In this document: positions 21,596 to 34,698 of the stretch, in pieces
Layout of the letters: every line of letters starts with the position of its first letter
Numbering within the stretch: the first letter of the stretch is position 1
Made by a program: the position numbers and the translations under genes
Source of the DNA: Paraspadella gotoi
Taxonomy: Eukaryota > Animalia > Chaetognatha
DNA: 64,000 bases
Reading direction: 5' to 3'
Assembly (NCBI GenBank): GCA_051294375.1
Contig: CM119271.1
Span: forward strand, 6,573,632-6,637,631
The notes under the pieces: model-generated
What the model was told of the DNA's origin: nothing
The model's input: only the letters and a program-made list of their open reading frames with translations
The model's database searches: none

Positions 21596-24592
21596 TTATT
21601 TGGCTCTGGCAACGAGGTTCGAGAGAGAGATTGGGTTCCACAGAGAACCCTCTTGCGCGAAGATGACTTGCTTGTCGATGCAGATGTAGACGTTGCCAAA
21701 CTTGTAGACGGGTTTGGCCTCGAAGAACTTGTTGGGCACGGGCACGAAGACGACGTTGCTCTCCTCGGCTTTTTTGGCCACCAGGTCTTTGAAAGTGAGA
21801 TGAACGTTGGACGCTAGGCCGGCACCAACGCGTTGCCTGGCAACCGCGTCAAACTCGGAAGGGCTGAGCTCGCGAGCCCTTCGCTCGGTTGTCGTTAAAT
21901 AGGCAACGTTTTCTCGCGCGCCCGGCGCCAAATGCGCGTTAGTGCCCGAGACGGCGCGGTTCATAATCTCTAGCGCTTGATTGAGTTTATCCTTCACGAT
22001 TGGATGAGAGAGGGCCGCCTCCGGGATAATGCTCTTCCATCCTAAATACCTAAAAAGGGAAAAAATTAAAAATAAAACGCTCCTCTTGGAACAAATACAA
22101 AGTTATTCTACCATTTTGTAACTTCGTCGTAATTGGGATCGTGGTTCAGCCACGAACAGAGTGACTGAGTCCATTTAGGGAAAAAGTGCTTGTCGAGAAG
22201 GCTAACAATGGTGGCGGTGGGAAGCATGTCGGCCCAAGCCATAACCCAGTTCCACTGATCCAATATCTGCCGGTGAGGATTGACCTGAGGAAGAAAAATA
22301 TGAGCTGATCCCATCTATTAATCTAGAAAAACAGCAGGAAATCAATTCAAACCTTGAATTCGGCAAAGGCAGCGTGAAGTTTAGGAACGATGGAGCGTAA
22401 AATAAAAGCTTGTAATTCGGCCTGATCGAAGACTTTCTTCCAGGGCGACAATATCAGTTTTGCTAAAATATAAATAAATAAAAAAAATATATACAATGGT
22501 CTCAGAAATGAGTAATGCATCTGAGTTACGAAACTGACCAGATCCGTCCGAGGCGTGCCAATTAGTCAAGGCGGCGGCTAGTTTGTGCCTTATAGGCGCA
22601 AAGAGGGGCTGAAGACGGGCGCCCATGAGTGAAAGCCAGGGGTGGATCCAAGAGTGTATGGGAACGGTATCGGTCAATGGGTCCCACCGGTCAACCTCCG
22701 ATTGCAGCTTGGGCATGATCTGCGAATCGAGGATGTTGGCGAGAATCCAGCCGGGAATGCGGGGCGTCCACAGCTCGATGAAGGAGACGAGGGCTTCCGG
22801 ATCACGAACGTTCCATCTGGCGAGAATGGTCGCCCGAACCGGAGGCATCCAAGCGTCCCACAGAAGCCGGTGGTAGGGATCCATTGATTCGGTGTTGAGG
22901 CCGTCGGTGTACCTAGAAAGAAGTCACTAAATAATATACACGCTTCAAGACTTCAAATGTGAAAAGTGCTGATCCGACCAAACCTTGCTCCCACAGTATC
23001 TTCCAACAACTTCTGAAGCTCCTTCATCGTATCGAAGCCGAGCTTGGGCGCGCCGAGACAGTCCCAAGATTTCCACGACTTTCTAACGAGGGGCAGGGCT
23101 AGGGCGTGGCCGAGAGAGGAGAGCTCGTAGATGCGGTACTCTTCATAAAAGTCCTCTTGGAGTCTCTGAAAGAAGTGAGTGAGATCGTCTAGGGTAAGGG
23201 GATCCGCGGCATCGTCCTTGGCCTTATCCTCGTACTCCTCGATGAGGACGAGAAGCTCACGGTGCCGCTTCAAGAGTTTTTCCTCGTTTTCGACGAGGGC
23301 GTGCAAGCGTTCGTGTTCGTGCTTCATGTGAACGATTTGATCGTTGGCGTAACCCAGTTTGCGGTCGTTCTGAATGATCTCTTGCTCGGTGGCATCGCAG
23401 AGGAGATCAAGGTTGTGCAACAATTCGGGCATGTCAAAATATTTGCGATCGGAAGATGCGCGTGACTGGCCGTCCTCTCCCTCGTCGGTAGGACGAACGT
23501 GCTTCGAGGAAAAGCTCGCGTAACCCTGGAGTACCTTAGTTTGTTTGCCGGTCATGTCTGTCGAAAAGAAATTAAATTCTTAGATTTATACGAAGTTTCA
23601 CATACATAAAGAATTAAATATGTATCAGTTCTTAAAAGTTTCTCTTTTTTCAACTCACCAATAACTTTAATTTTATCCATCTTTGAGGAATCGGTGGCAG
23701 AGATTTTCCCCATCGCACCGGCGGGCGAAGAAGCGACAACCTCGTCGTAAGTCCGGTAGTTGTACTTGACCTTGCCCTTCTTGCCCGTCGGTGCTGAGTC
23801 CTTGCCCGACTTCTTCCTCCACTGGGACAACTTTTGGTGAAACTTCTCGTCCTCTTCCTCCTCAGAGTCGGCCCGTTTCGTTCCGACGAACCGCTCGTGA
23901 CCGGCGCCCTTCTTGATCAATACTTCTGTTCCGTAGGCCCCGACGGCGCCTCTTCCTGCCCGCTTGGAGGCTTCGACGGGAGTCACGATTCCTTCGCCCG
24001 ACTTGCCGAGACCCGAGCCCGCCTTGTAGCCCATCTTCTCCAGCAAGCGCTTTCCTATGCCCTTAGTGTGCCGCTCCCACTCACCGAGCCGCTCGTTGCC
24101 GACTTGACCGATGCCGACGCCGCTGCCGTAGCTGCGACCGACTTGTCCGAGACCGGCGAAGTGGCCCGAGACCCCGCCAGAGTCCGCCCCATCGGAGCCC
24201 TCCTCGCGATAGAGAACCTTGTCGGCCTTGAACTTTCCTTTGGAGGACCCGAATGATTTGGGCAGAGTCGTCTTCCTCATCATTCTCTCTTCCTCGGAAT
24301 CGGTGCTGATGTTCCCTTTCTCCTTCGTCTCCTCGTCGTCATCATCCTCCAAGTCTTCCCGTTCGCCGCCCGGCGGCCCGGCGGATCCTTTCTTCACCCC
24401 GCCGCTGACAAAGTTGATGGGGGCAGAATAATTCTTCTCTTTTTTCCTTTTGCCATCGTCCTCTTCCTCGCTGTCCTCCGCCCAAATGCCGTAGGTCTCA
24501 GACTCTTTGGTCCGTTTTCTCCGTTGTCGCGGGTAGAACTCGTTGTCCAAGTCGTAATCCGTGATTTCAAACTTTTCGTATTCCTCACCCAT
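21596..24592 (-). CDS. TFIP11: Tuftelin-interacting protein 11 (Ntr1/Spp382 spliceosome disassembly factor, multi-exon)
   Basis: [15 protein letters not shown]-terminus, G-patch [41 protein letters not shown], and GCFC-domain [18 protein letters not shown]. Confidence 0.93.
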
Positions 24593-24973
24593 AGTGTCGT
24601 TCGAGTCTGATATTATCCCCTAATTAGTTAACGTTATTTTTTTTTTTTTAGATTTCTAGAACTGTTTCTTCGAAAAAACAGCATCTGAAAACAACAACAA
24701 ATGTTATTTAATGTCAATGCAATGGGTGCGGACTTGCCTAAAGAATTAATACTAAGAATAGGAAGAATACTAAAAAATACTAAGTCGGTAATAGAAATTC
24801 TATAACCAAAACAATGCCCAAAATTATTATACACTTAAAAAATTTTTTTCACAAAAAAAAACAACAAAAATAGCTAAAATCAACCTCGTAACAAACAAAA
24901 TAACCGAGACTTTCTTCAAGTAACCCGTTTGTCCAACAGAATAAAAAGAAAAGTTTCTACCGAGCCATTGTCA

Positions 24974-27900
24974 TCAAACGCTCGTAGTGACAGACTCGAC
25001 CACGGGCGCGGGCGTCTCGGCGTACGAGTCGCCCTCCACTTGGTAGTTGTTGGCGCGGTGACGATGCGACACCACGTAATAGACGCCGGCCGCAGTGAAG
25101 CATAAAACGAAGGCGCAGACGACGATGAGAGGCACCACCCAATTTCCGCGTTCGCTTTTCACCACCCCCGTGGCTTTTCCAGTATTCGCAGCTTCTTCCG
25201 CGGCCAGCCGACCCCGAATTCTTCCTTCTTCGGATGACGAGGTTTCCAGTCTTCTCCCCAAAATTTCTCCGAAAGATTTTTTTGTTCTTTTTCATTGAAC
25301 AATTCGCCATATTCTATCTCACTCATGGGTCCAATGGCGGGAGTAGTTGCCGCCGTCGTAGCTTTGGTCGTCGGTTTAGTAATTAACTTTCTGGGTAGAG
25401 ATTTGGTTCTCATAAGCAATCTGACCATGACTTCGAATCTATTGACCTCGTTGTCCACCACGATTATTATGGCTGATTTTCTGAGCGCCTGATGCCAAGA
25501 AAGATAGGTGATATGAAGATCGAATCCATCGGAAAACTCTTCCGTGCCGTAAACTGTGACTTGTCCCTCCATCGTAGCCGCTTCTAGGCTAGTAAGGGTC
25601 AGGATGTGCACATGATCCGGCTTCAAAGGAGGAAAGGAAAGGAAATAGCAGCGGACAGTAAAGGGAATACGTGTGACTTCAACTTCGTGGTCGCAGCTCA
25701 ACTTTCCCCAGAAGACCAGTGGCTGTTCCCACTTGCGGACAAACTCTCTATTGTAACAATGAGCGTTATAATTGAAATTGAGAGACAACAAAAGGCGATT
25801 ATTGAACGAAGGCGATCGTTTTTTTCTTTCGATAGTCGTTGGCACTTCAGTTGCGAGATGATCAATTTCGCTCTCTTTTTCTATTTCTTCCTTCCTTTCT
25901 ACCTTTTCAGCATTTGAGCTTGGAGGTAAGGTTTTGATTTCCTCACCCACTGTATTCAAGTTATTTATTTCAGTTGTTTTAGTAGTAGTTGTTTTAGTAG
26001 TAGTTGCTATAGTAGTTGTAGTTGTTGGCATAGTAATAGAAGTAGTGGTTGTCGTAGTTGGTATAGTAGTCGTAGTCGTAGTTGTTGGAGTCGGTGTAGT
26101 AGTTGTAGACGGCCGAGTAGTTGGTTTAGTAGTAGAGGTAGTAGTTGGTTTAGTAGTAGAGGTAGTAGTTGGCGTAGTAGTAGACGTAGAGGTCATAGTA
26201 GTGGAGGTCGTAATAGTGGAGGTCGTAGTTGGAGTAGAAGTAGTTGTAGAGGTTGATGAAACTGTGTCTGGTATCTTTTCTTGTACGACATTAGAATCGT
26301 CGGCGTTATTATCATTATTGTTGAGGTTGTCATCATCACGAGGGTAGCCCGACTTCGATAATGAACCGTTTGTTGTATTTGCATTTGGCAATTGATTTGT
26401 CGTCGATCTAAGATCAGAAGTAATCATCGTGCTTGTCGAGATCTCTGATGGCAAGAACAAATCTTTTGTTTTAGCCCCCTCATCAATGGTCGAGAATTCA
26501 TTTTCAACAGATACTGAAGTAGAGTTAATTTCATTTCTTGCTTTAGTTGTTTCTTGCGAGTCAAAAGACGGCAATATGGAAGAGTCTTCTTCCGACATCG
26601 ATTCATTCAACCAAGTCATCGTCGTAGTGGTTGATTTCGTGGTTAATGTTGTGGAAGGAAAATCAGTGGTGGTAGTAATTGAGGCCAAGGCAAATTCCCT
26701 TATCTCCTCCTCTCTTTCCCCTTGGAAACTTGCCTCGAGATCTCTCCTCGTCTCCAACTTCTGTTCCATGTTAAATTTTGACTTAAATTTGTCTTCGCTT
26801 AATGAGATTGCCTCGAACTCGGCCTTCACCACTGTTGGCCCAAAAAAACCTTCGCCGATACTTCCGTCCTGACCGTCCGCCGATATTCTTACAATATCTT
26901 TCGGGTAGAACCAGCTGACGTTCTTGTAGGGAATCACCGGCACCGATTTGATATGACAAATGACAACTAATTTCTGAGACTCGCGGGAAAGATCCAAAAA
27001 GCGCGGACCCTTAAAGGAGCAGTTGATGGTCGGCTCCCGATAAACCGTCACGTCGAAAGATTCGCTAATGGTGGCCACACCGAAATCGAGGACATTAAAG
27101 TGAACCTTGGCTACCGGGGGCTCAAGATACTTGCAGCCGTCTGGCGGGATGGTGATGCGACATGCGCTGGAATTGGCCAAACAGTCGGCCTCTACGGGCT
27201 CGGGTTCGACTTTTTTGCCTTTGATGTTCCAATTGAAGGAGAGATCTTCGATTTCAGGGATTACCGCCACGCTAACGTTGCAAGAGGGAGGGCTCCAGAA
27301 GTCACTATCGATCAGATAACGACGAATTTCGGACGAACAAGTGACATTGACACCGTGCGTCAGTTGGAGACGGGGAGTTACAACGTAGACCAAATTTGGT
27401 GCCTGAGAAATCTCGATTTGAACCGTGATGTTTTTGTCTGTGGAGATAAGAGTGAAGTGAGCGCAAATGGAATACGAAATTGAGTAAAAGAACACCTACC
27501 AATGTCATTTTTCTTTGGGCGAAATTTGAAAAACCCATAAGATTTATTCCATGGATTTTTCTTGGCGAATGAATCGACGTACTGTCCAACTTTTTTGTCA
27601 CTCGCGAATAACAAAAACTTGACTTGACCATAGTGATTTACACTTCTACTTATTTTGCACGAAATGTTGACCATTCGGTTGACAACCCAGGGAAACCCAT
27701 CGTGACTGAACAAAAAATATTTACGTATTTATCATCGATTCTAAACTTTTAAGTTTATTTGATAAAAAACCTGCATTCCAAATCCCTGACGATCGTGACT
27801 TGAAACGTTTTTGAAGTCATAACAGCCAATATAGTGCATTTGTACTTGTCCGGGTGACCGATGTTTTCGTCGTCCATGTTGGCGGCGCGTATAACTAAAT

Positions 27901-28291
27901 GCGAGCTGCTGTTGTCCGATTTAATTTCGTAGTGTTCCATCAATGACGGCTGCATCATCTTGACTAATTTCGTAAAAGCAAATTTAAGTTTCGCACATCG
28001 GGGAGGGGCGTTATATGATCTAAGGAAATGATACTTACTCGTGTACTGAAAAAAATCGCTTCCCTTTATGGAGAAAAGCTCAAGACTACTGTCCCCTCTG
28101 GCCCACAAACAGTCCCGGTTGGTGGTGATGTTGGTCTGAGGAAAGGTCGCAGTCTTAAAGGGACACTCCATGTCTAGCTCGCCTCCTTCTTTGATTGTGT
28201 AAAATTTACTTGAACCTTCATCAGTTGGCCGAAAGGCGGCCGCAGAAGAAATGATTATGGCCATTATCAGAAGCGTTAACTTCCAAGCCAT
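24974..28291 (-). CDS. Type I membrane protein with signal peptide, Ig-like domains and Thr-rich mucin stalk (unnamed)
   Basis: Signal peptide MAWKLTLLIMAIIISSAAA; Ig-like C...W...LVI...D...Y.C pattern; Thr/Pro-rich tract; TM WVVPLIVVCAFVLCFTAAGVYYVV. The TM is in a different frame from the long ORF. Confidence 0.6.
25960..26260 (-). repeat. Coding low-complexity Thr-rich repeat (ACT/ACC/ACA; TTTSTTKP-like units)
   Basis: gtagtagtt-type repeats on the plus strand encode poly-Thr on the minus strand. Confidence 0.85.
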
Positions 28292-28652
28292 TTTCCGCTT
28301 CGAGGTCTTGGACATATATCGCAATAATTGATTTGTAGGAAAGATTCTCTGCATAAAAAGGGGAAAAATAGTTTTTAACTCTTTAAAGCTTTTCAAAGAA
28401 TGTTAATAAATCCGACAAAAACACGAAAAGGCAAATTGCATTATGCATGGATATCGACTTCTCAAATAATTTAAAACGCGGATAATGAAATTAATTATTT
28501 TCAAAACAGAATAGAAAACTGTTTCGATCTCAAAATCGGTTGCGCCTCAATTTTAAAAAATATTAACCTAAATAAATCTATCTCAATAGATATTTGAAAA
28601 ACTTTTTGCGCAAGTGACCAAAATCTATCTACCAAATAATGCCTTTTACTAC

Positions 28653-28853
28653 GAACGTTAGCCAAAAAAATAAAGGTTAATTATAACATTATATGATTTA
28701 CATCTACAGAAGGCTTCATATTATAAAATGTAGTACCCCTTTTTGTGACCAGAACGTTAGCCAAAAAAATAAAGGTTAATTATAACATTATATGATTTAC
28801 ATCTACAGAAGGCTTCATTTATAAAATGTAGTACCTTTTTTTTGTGACCAGAA
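28653..28853. repeat. Tandem duplication of about 99 bp spanning the MITE's left junction
   Basis: gaacgttagccaaaaaaataaagg...tacagaaggcttcat...gtgaccagaa appears twice with a 99-nt period. Confidence 0.85.
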
Positions 28854-29519
28854 TCTGTTCCCACCAAACTACCCAATCAAATTTAATGAAATATTACATT
28901 TAGAGTGCTAATGACTATATAAATGGAACTATCGAGGCGATATTTTGATATTCAACCCCTGACAAGAGATACAGGGCCCTTGGGTGGACCCCTGGGGGGC
29001 AAAAAATGTTAAAATTTTTTTTTTATTTTTCCAATATTTTTAGTAGCATCAGGTGCATTGACGTTTTAAAACATAAGAAAAAAACATTTTAGAATAAAAT
29101 TGATAAATTTGCCATAATTAAGCATGGTTGAAGATGCATGGTTCATCGTTTTACTTCCATTTTCCCCAAATTATTCCAAATCTGCCTTTAACTGCTGATG
29201 TTCATGAAGCTAAAAATTAAGGTAAATGAATATTTTTGAGGTAATAAATACGTTTTTGTGGAATAGTAAACGTCTGCGCAACTGTTTAAAACAAAAATAA
29301 TCAAAAAATTTGAAAAATTTTTTGACCATTTGTGGCCCTCAGGGGCTGTCCCCTCAGGGCCCCTTATCTCAGCTTAGGGGTAGAATGTAAAAAATTCGCC
29401 TCGATAGTTCCATTTGTATCACAACTGGTACTTTTCATTAAATTCTATTCAGTAGTTTTCTCGGAACGTGTTCTGGTCACAAAAAAGGGGTACCACATTT
29501 TATAATATGAAGCCTTCTG
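28806..29519. mobile_element. Non-autonomous Tc1/mariner-type MITE with long TIRs
   Basis: TA|cagaaggcttcat...atgaagccttctg|TA ends (TA TSD). Inverted similarity extends about 200 bp inward, e.g. aaatggaactatcgaggcga at 28921 vs tcgcctcgatagttccattt at 29396. No transposase ORF. Confidence 0.85.
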
Positions 29520-29651
29520 TACTTAAAATTGGTGAAAAATAATCGAAATTGTAACTATCGTGTCAGCATCAAAGGCTCAATAAAAACAGTTACGATAATA
29601 AAAAGAAAAAAAGTACTAAGGGGAAAAAAAAAGTCGCCACCGCGAAAAATG

Positions 29652-32113
29652 TCACAAATTGCCGAGCGTATTAACGGTGGTGGACGTGTAGGTGGTAGCC
29701 GTGGCGGTGCTGGAAATGACGAGGGCGAGTTTCTTAGTGCCTCTCTCTTCGGCCACCTTTAGCATCTCCCCAATAACCTCCGCCACCGTAGTCTCGCATT
29801 TGCGCGGCTCCGGCAACGGGTTGGCCGACGATTCGAAGGCGCCGATGCCAGGGTTGAGCGGGGAGACCTGATTGAGGGTGGCCTCGTCTCGGTGCCACGT
29901 GTCGAGCAACTCGGACATGCTTTTCAGCGCCGCCATGGGGCATCGCTCGAAGGTGCGAACCACGTTCTGGATGATGGGCGAATCGCGGTCCCGAATGATC
30001 CGGGCGAACACGAAGCTAAAGAAACCGAAGACTGAGTCGAAAGTGTATTTGAGGAGTTTGTCGGTCATGACCCGGTTGCGGTCGCGATCCCGATCCTTGA
30101 TCCGTAGACGTCGCTTGAGGTCCCCAATGGGCCACTTGACGAGGATGCGGTGGAAAACCTTGACGGCGACCTCGATTATCTCGAGACTCGTCATAGAATG
30201 GACGAGAAGGGCCTGAGCGATGTTGTAGGAGCAGGCGATGGAGATGAACCACTTGGTCTGCAACTCTTCCGCTTCCAGACACCACCGTAAGTATTGTGCC
30301 ACCGGACGGAGAATGGCTGCCGCTTGTGGCGGAAGTTTGCCGATTATGCCCACTTTGAGGCTAACGCTAGACCTGAATTTGAGGAAAAACAAGTTTGAGC
30401 AAACAATGCCGGCTCTGCCCACGATCATTAGCGATAAGCAGCTAATTAATTAATACAGTTTGCATTTATATTTAATCAAAAAAATAAAAATCATAATCAA
30501 TTAGTGAAACAGGTTTTTTTGTTTTTTCCATTTAAACTCATTTCCACTCGGACGATTCCATCTAAACTTGATTTCCAGATCAATCACACACTTCTTTACC
30601 CACACACACAATTTCAAGTAAATCGCCTCATCCACTAATTGGCGTTCATTGCTAAGGGGGGACGAACGGACGGACGAACAGACTTTTTATTTGAACAATT
30701 CTGACATGATTTAAATGAATGACCGACAAGTTTGGGGGGGGTGTTAGTTTCTTCCCGACAAGGGCGGACCGACAAAGTGAATTATAGAGCCGGAATCTAC
30801 TGTAACAAGATCCGGCTAAAAATCTGAATAAATCGGAATTTAATCGGGCATACTCCTCTCCTGCTCGGTCACCTGTCGCTTCGCCTCGTTTCCATATCAC
30901 AGGTTTGGCAAATGAGATACATGACGTGGATCCACGAGTCGATGGCGTCGGGGTTCTCGTGCTCATCGTGAATGACCTTCCAGCATTCCAGTAGACCCTC
31001 GACAAGCTCGTACTCGACAACCCACATGTGCATCAACGCCGAGACCAGATCGGCCGCGCGTTCGCATTCGAAGATCTGGTCGAGAAACTTAAGCACGTTG
31101 CGAAGTAGGTCGAGCCGGGTCGAACTCTGCAGGATAAACTCGATGTTCTTGGAGATTGACGGCGTGGTGTCCGGATCAGGTTTTACGATCTGCGCCGCCT
31201 GCGACTCCGAGGAAGACACCGTCGAAAGCACAGTTCGGTCTTCGATGAGCGGCAGGATTGGTTTCTTGATGATGCAACGCCCGTAGAGCGTTTCTATCCA
31301 GGGTGTGGTTTCCTGTTCGCTGATCGAGTCGAAAATAGTGGTCACTAAACGAGTGGTCTCAACGAGCAACGGGGCGTCGGTGCTGATCTGCAGGATCCAA
31401 TAAATTAGTTCCATCACTTTAGTTTCGGCGGCCATCACGGCGCAGGCCTCTCTCTGGCAGGCCATGTTGCCGAGAATGCCGACGGCGATCTCGGTGTAGC
31501 GCGGCTCCACGCCCACAGACTTGTAGATGGCACCGACGAGAAGATCGATGGCATTGTATTCCAACAGCAGTTTGACCACGTCGGGTTCGGAGGTCATGTC
31601 CCACAAACTGCACAACTCCGCCTCGGTCTCTTCGTCGATCTTTTCCCCGGCTAGGGATGGAGCAGCTCGAGAGTTTCCGTCGGAGGGGGAAATGAGGGCG
31701 ACTGCTTTTGAGTCGGAAAGGGAAGAGGAGGGGGGAGGTGGGCCATTGGGTTCGTCCTCGGGAACTTCGGTCAATTTGTCAGATTTTCCATTTTTCGCTT
31801 CTGCGATTTCCGCGACGAACGACGACGCCGAGTCTTCGGTGGACTCTGTCTCCGCCGTCGATTCGATCCCTGCCGTCGTCTCCTTCTTTGGGTCTTTGAG
31901 GGAATTCCCTTCTCCCGGTTCCGACGTTTCCGAAGGATCGAGGGCGTCTCGGTGCAGGCCTTCCACCTGGCGAAGGAGTTTCAAAAGAGTGGAGAAGAGC
32001 CATTGCTTGGAATAGGCCGTGCCGCCGATGGCGTCGCTGGCCAAAGCCTCGGCCTCTTCGCGCCCTTCGCCGTCGCGGGGGGGAGACGGGTTACGAATCA
32101 AGGGCTTCGACAT
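29652..32113 (-). CDS. SAAL1: Serum amyloid A-like 1 protein
   Basis: DAIGGTAYSKQWLF, ELCSLWDMT, EIAVGILGNMAC and DAPLLVETTRL. Donor at 30872 is in phase with an acceptor near 30373; a possible extra exon starts at 30651. The 3' structure is less certain. Confidence 0.8.
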
Positions 32114-33322
32114 CCTCCCCGACTGAAAGGGGAATAGAAGAAAAGGGAAAGGGGAAGATGGGAAAGGCTTTTTTTTTTGCGTGTGGGACAGATATTATGG
32201 CATAAGAATAGAGATAAAAATATCGAGAGTAAAAAGTGGCAGTGTTATAAAAAAAAACCGTTGGGAATTTTTTTTAAATTTTTTTTTACAAACGATAAAT
32301 TTGTATTCGTGCACTTTCACGCACTTTGTGAGAGTCAAAAATCGTGAAGGACATTTGAACCAAAAAATTGTGGCTAATAAAGTCACGATCTCCTCGAACG
32401 GGAGGATTGATTCTCACAACAGTGAATGTAATAGGAACGGAAGATTGCTTGTGGTGTGGACGTTGTTAACCGAACTTTTTTAGAGACAAAATAAAACCAT
32501 GCAAATACTAACAAATCGTGATTGAATACTCGTTACTTAGTGCGACAGTTTTTCATAACTGTCATTCAATTAACAAGCTACGTATACAATGTGAAAATCT
32601 ACTAATACTAATAAAACAAATGGGTAGTTAACACTAGCCCGAGACTTAGCGTTTGAATCCGCATGTAGCTTTCGCTGAAAATTTGTTAGTAAAATGTAAA
32701 ATTCACTTTTTATGAAATATAGAAGCAGTATTTTAGACTAGATTATATTCTCAAAAAACTGCTAGTAACAATGCGATAACAGTTTCTCACGTAGTCAAAC
32801 GGCAGCATCCTTAACGTGAACACAAATGAATTTAATTTTTTCGTTAGAGAGATTTCGTAACATCATATAAATACAACCCACGGAGTTTAATGAAACTTTC
32901 AAGATATTTTGGGCATTTACGTAATTTTCTATATTATTTTATATATGATATCCTAGAATTTAATATAAAGAAAATTAATCAAAAATGTTCTTTTTTTACT
33001 ACATACAATTTATAATTAACCAAAACAAGTAAGAAAAACACTGCTAGCGTTAAAAATTAAACGAAAGTCCACGATTTCCGTGGGTTTTACGAATCTCAGA
33101 TAGTCTCAGCTATGCTATCACGAAAGGTTACAAATATAAAAAAAGTAAACTGTAACCAATTTAACTTATCAATAGTAAAATGCCAATATTACTAGCAAAA
33201 AAAAGCTAATAAACGTTGTAATTCTTAGAAGTTCGTCTGCCGTGCCTATTCTTCCACCCATTCCGTTTTTTTATTTTTTTTTATTTTTGAGTGAGAGCCT
33301 CGCGGAAATCCGTTTTTGTTCG

Positions 33323-34354
33323 TTAAGAGGGCAAATTTGAGGTCTGAACAAAAATGATATTTGTACCCTGCCGAACAAGTTCGTGATCACTGGCTATAAT
33401 AAGGCCATCGGCCGTGACGTAGGCCAATCGCTGAGGCGAAACCAAATCAGTCTCGGTCGTCTCGACCACGTTCAAAACGGCTCCGCCGCTTTGAGATATT
33501 GCAACGGCGGAGTCACCGGCGGCGAAGGCTGGGCCGGCGCTCCTCTCGGTCCACGATACCCCGTCCAAGTCCGGAGGTAGAGCGACGTTGATTAGCTGCT
33601 GCTGATGCGTGCTTGGCGCCGGCGCGGACAATGCCGCAATCGAGGAGCGTCCCGCGGCCACTGGAGACCGACCTTCGTCCTCTTCTTCCTCGCTAAAGAC
33701 GGGATCCTTGGAATTTTCGTCGATGGACACGGTGGAGGTGGTGACGGCGTCGTCGTCCGTCTTCCCGTCACCGCTGGTCGCTCCGGACGCGCGGCTCGCC
33801 TCGTCGAACGGCCCCTCGCCGCCCCCGCCGGCTTCGTGCGCGCTTACGTGCATCTTGAGCCAGAGGTTGACGTCGAAGGAGGCGTCGGGGTGAGTGGCGC
33901 ATAGGTCGCGCTTCAATTCGCCGATTCGCTGTTGTAATTCAATCTTTCGCCGAGCCAGCGTGGCCGTCTCCGTCTCCAGGTTTTTCTCCCGAAGCTTGAG
34001 GGTTTGGATACAGCGGATGGCTCCGCGCAGCACGGAAAGGTTGGAGCACTTCGGGTCATCTATTTCCAGTGCGTCGCGAAGGTGAGCGAAACAGTCGCGC
34101 AGGTATGCGCGGCGACCCTTCTCCAACGCGTTGTGGTTTTCGCGCGCGGTCCGTCCCTTGAAGCGGCGCTGAATCTTGGGGTCGCGGGCCGAGACGTCCG
34201 TCGACGAAGACGACGACGACGTTTGGGCCGAGTCCGGGGATCCCGACGAGGAAAAAAAGTCGCCGGTTGGGACAGGTACAGTTTTTTGCTCGAAGGAAAG
34301 ACTAGAATGAGATTCCAAAAACTCCGCCGCGTCCAACAAATATTGAATATTCAT
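33323..34354 (-). CDS. MNT: Max-binding transcriptional repressor MNT
   Basis: Sin3-interaction domain MNIQYLLDAAEFLE; bHLH-ZIP ARENHNALEKGRRAYLRDCF...SNLSVLRGAIRCIQTL...LARRKIELQQR. Confidence 0.85.
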   Translation of the reverse strand: MNIQYLLDAAEFLESHSSLSFEQKTVPVPTGDFFSSSGSPDSAQTSSSSSSTDVSARDPKIQRRFKGRTARENHNALEKGRRAYLRDCFAHLRDALEIDDPKCSNLSVLRGAIRCIQTLKLREKNLETETATLARRKIELQQRIGELKRDLCATHPDASFDVNLWLKMHVSAHEAGGGGEGPFDEASRASGATSGDGKTDDDAVTTSTVSIDENSKDPVFSEEEEDEGRSPVAAGRSSIAALSAPAPSTHQQQLINVALPPDLDGVSWTERSAGPAFAAGDSAVAISQSGGAVLNVVETTETDLVSPQRLAYVTADGLIIASDHELVRQGTNIIFVQTSNLPS

Positions 34355-34698
34355 TGTAATAATTTTTTTTTTTTTTTTTTACAGAGGTAAGGGTTAAAAA
34401 GGTAAAAACCTCTGGTAGGTGTTTAGTTTTTAGTTTGTTTTTTTACATATATTACGTCTACCTATCCTGCAAACATATAATAATTGCCAAATAAAATATT
34501 TATTATAAAATTATGAAAAGCGAAAATTTTTTTTCCAAAGTAAACCAAAAACGAACTCGACGGGAAAAAAAAATCAAAAATCAAACTCAAGTACATATTA
34601 TGCCAGACTGTTCAGAAGCTCATCTTCGCAAAAAAGGGATTAAAAACGTCTCACAAATATTTTACGACGAAATCGAGTCACACGGTATCGCTCACATC

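Noticed and set aside
25934-26347. Poly-valine ORF on the plus strand
   Set aside because: It is the reverse complement of the Thr-rich mucin tract.
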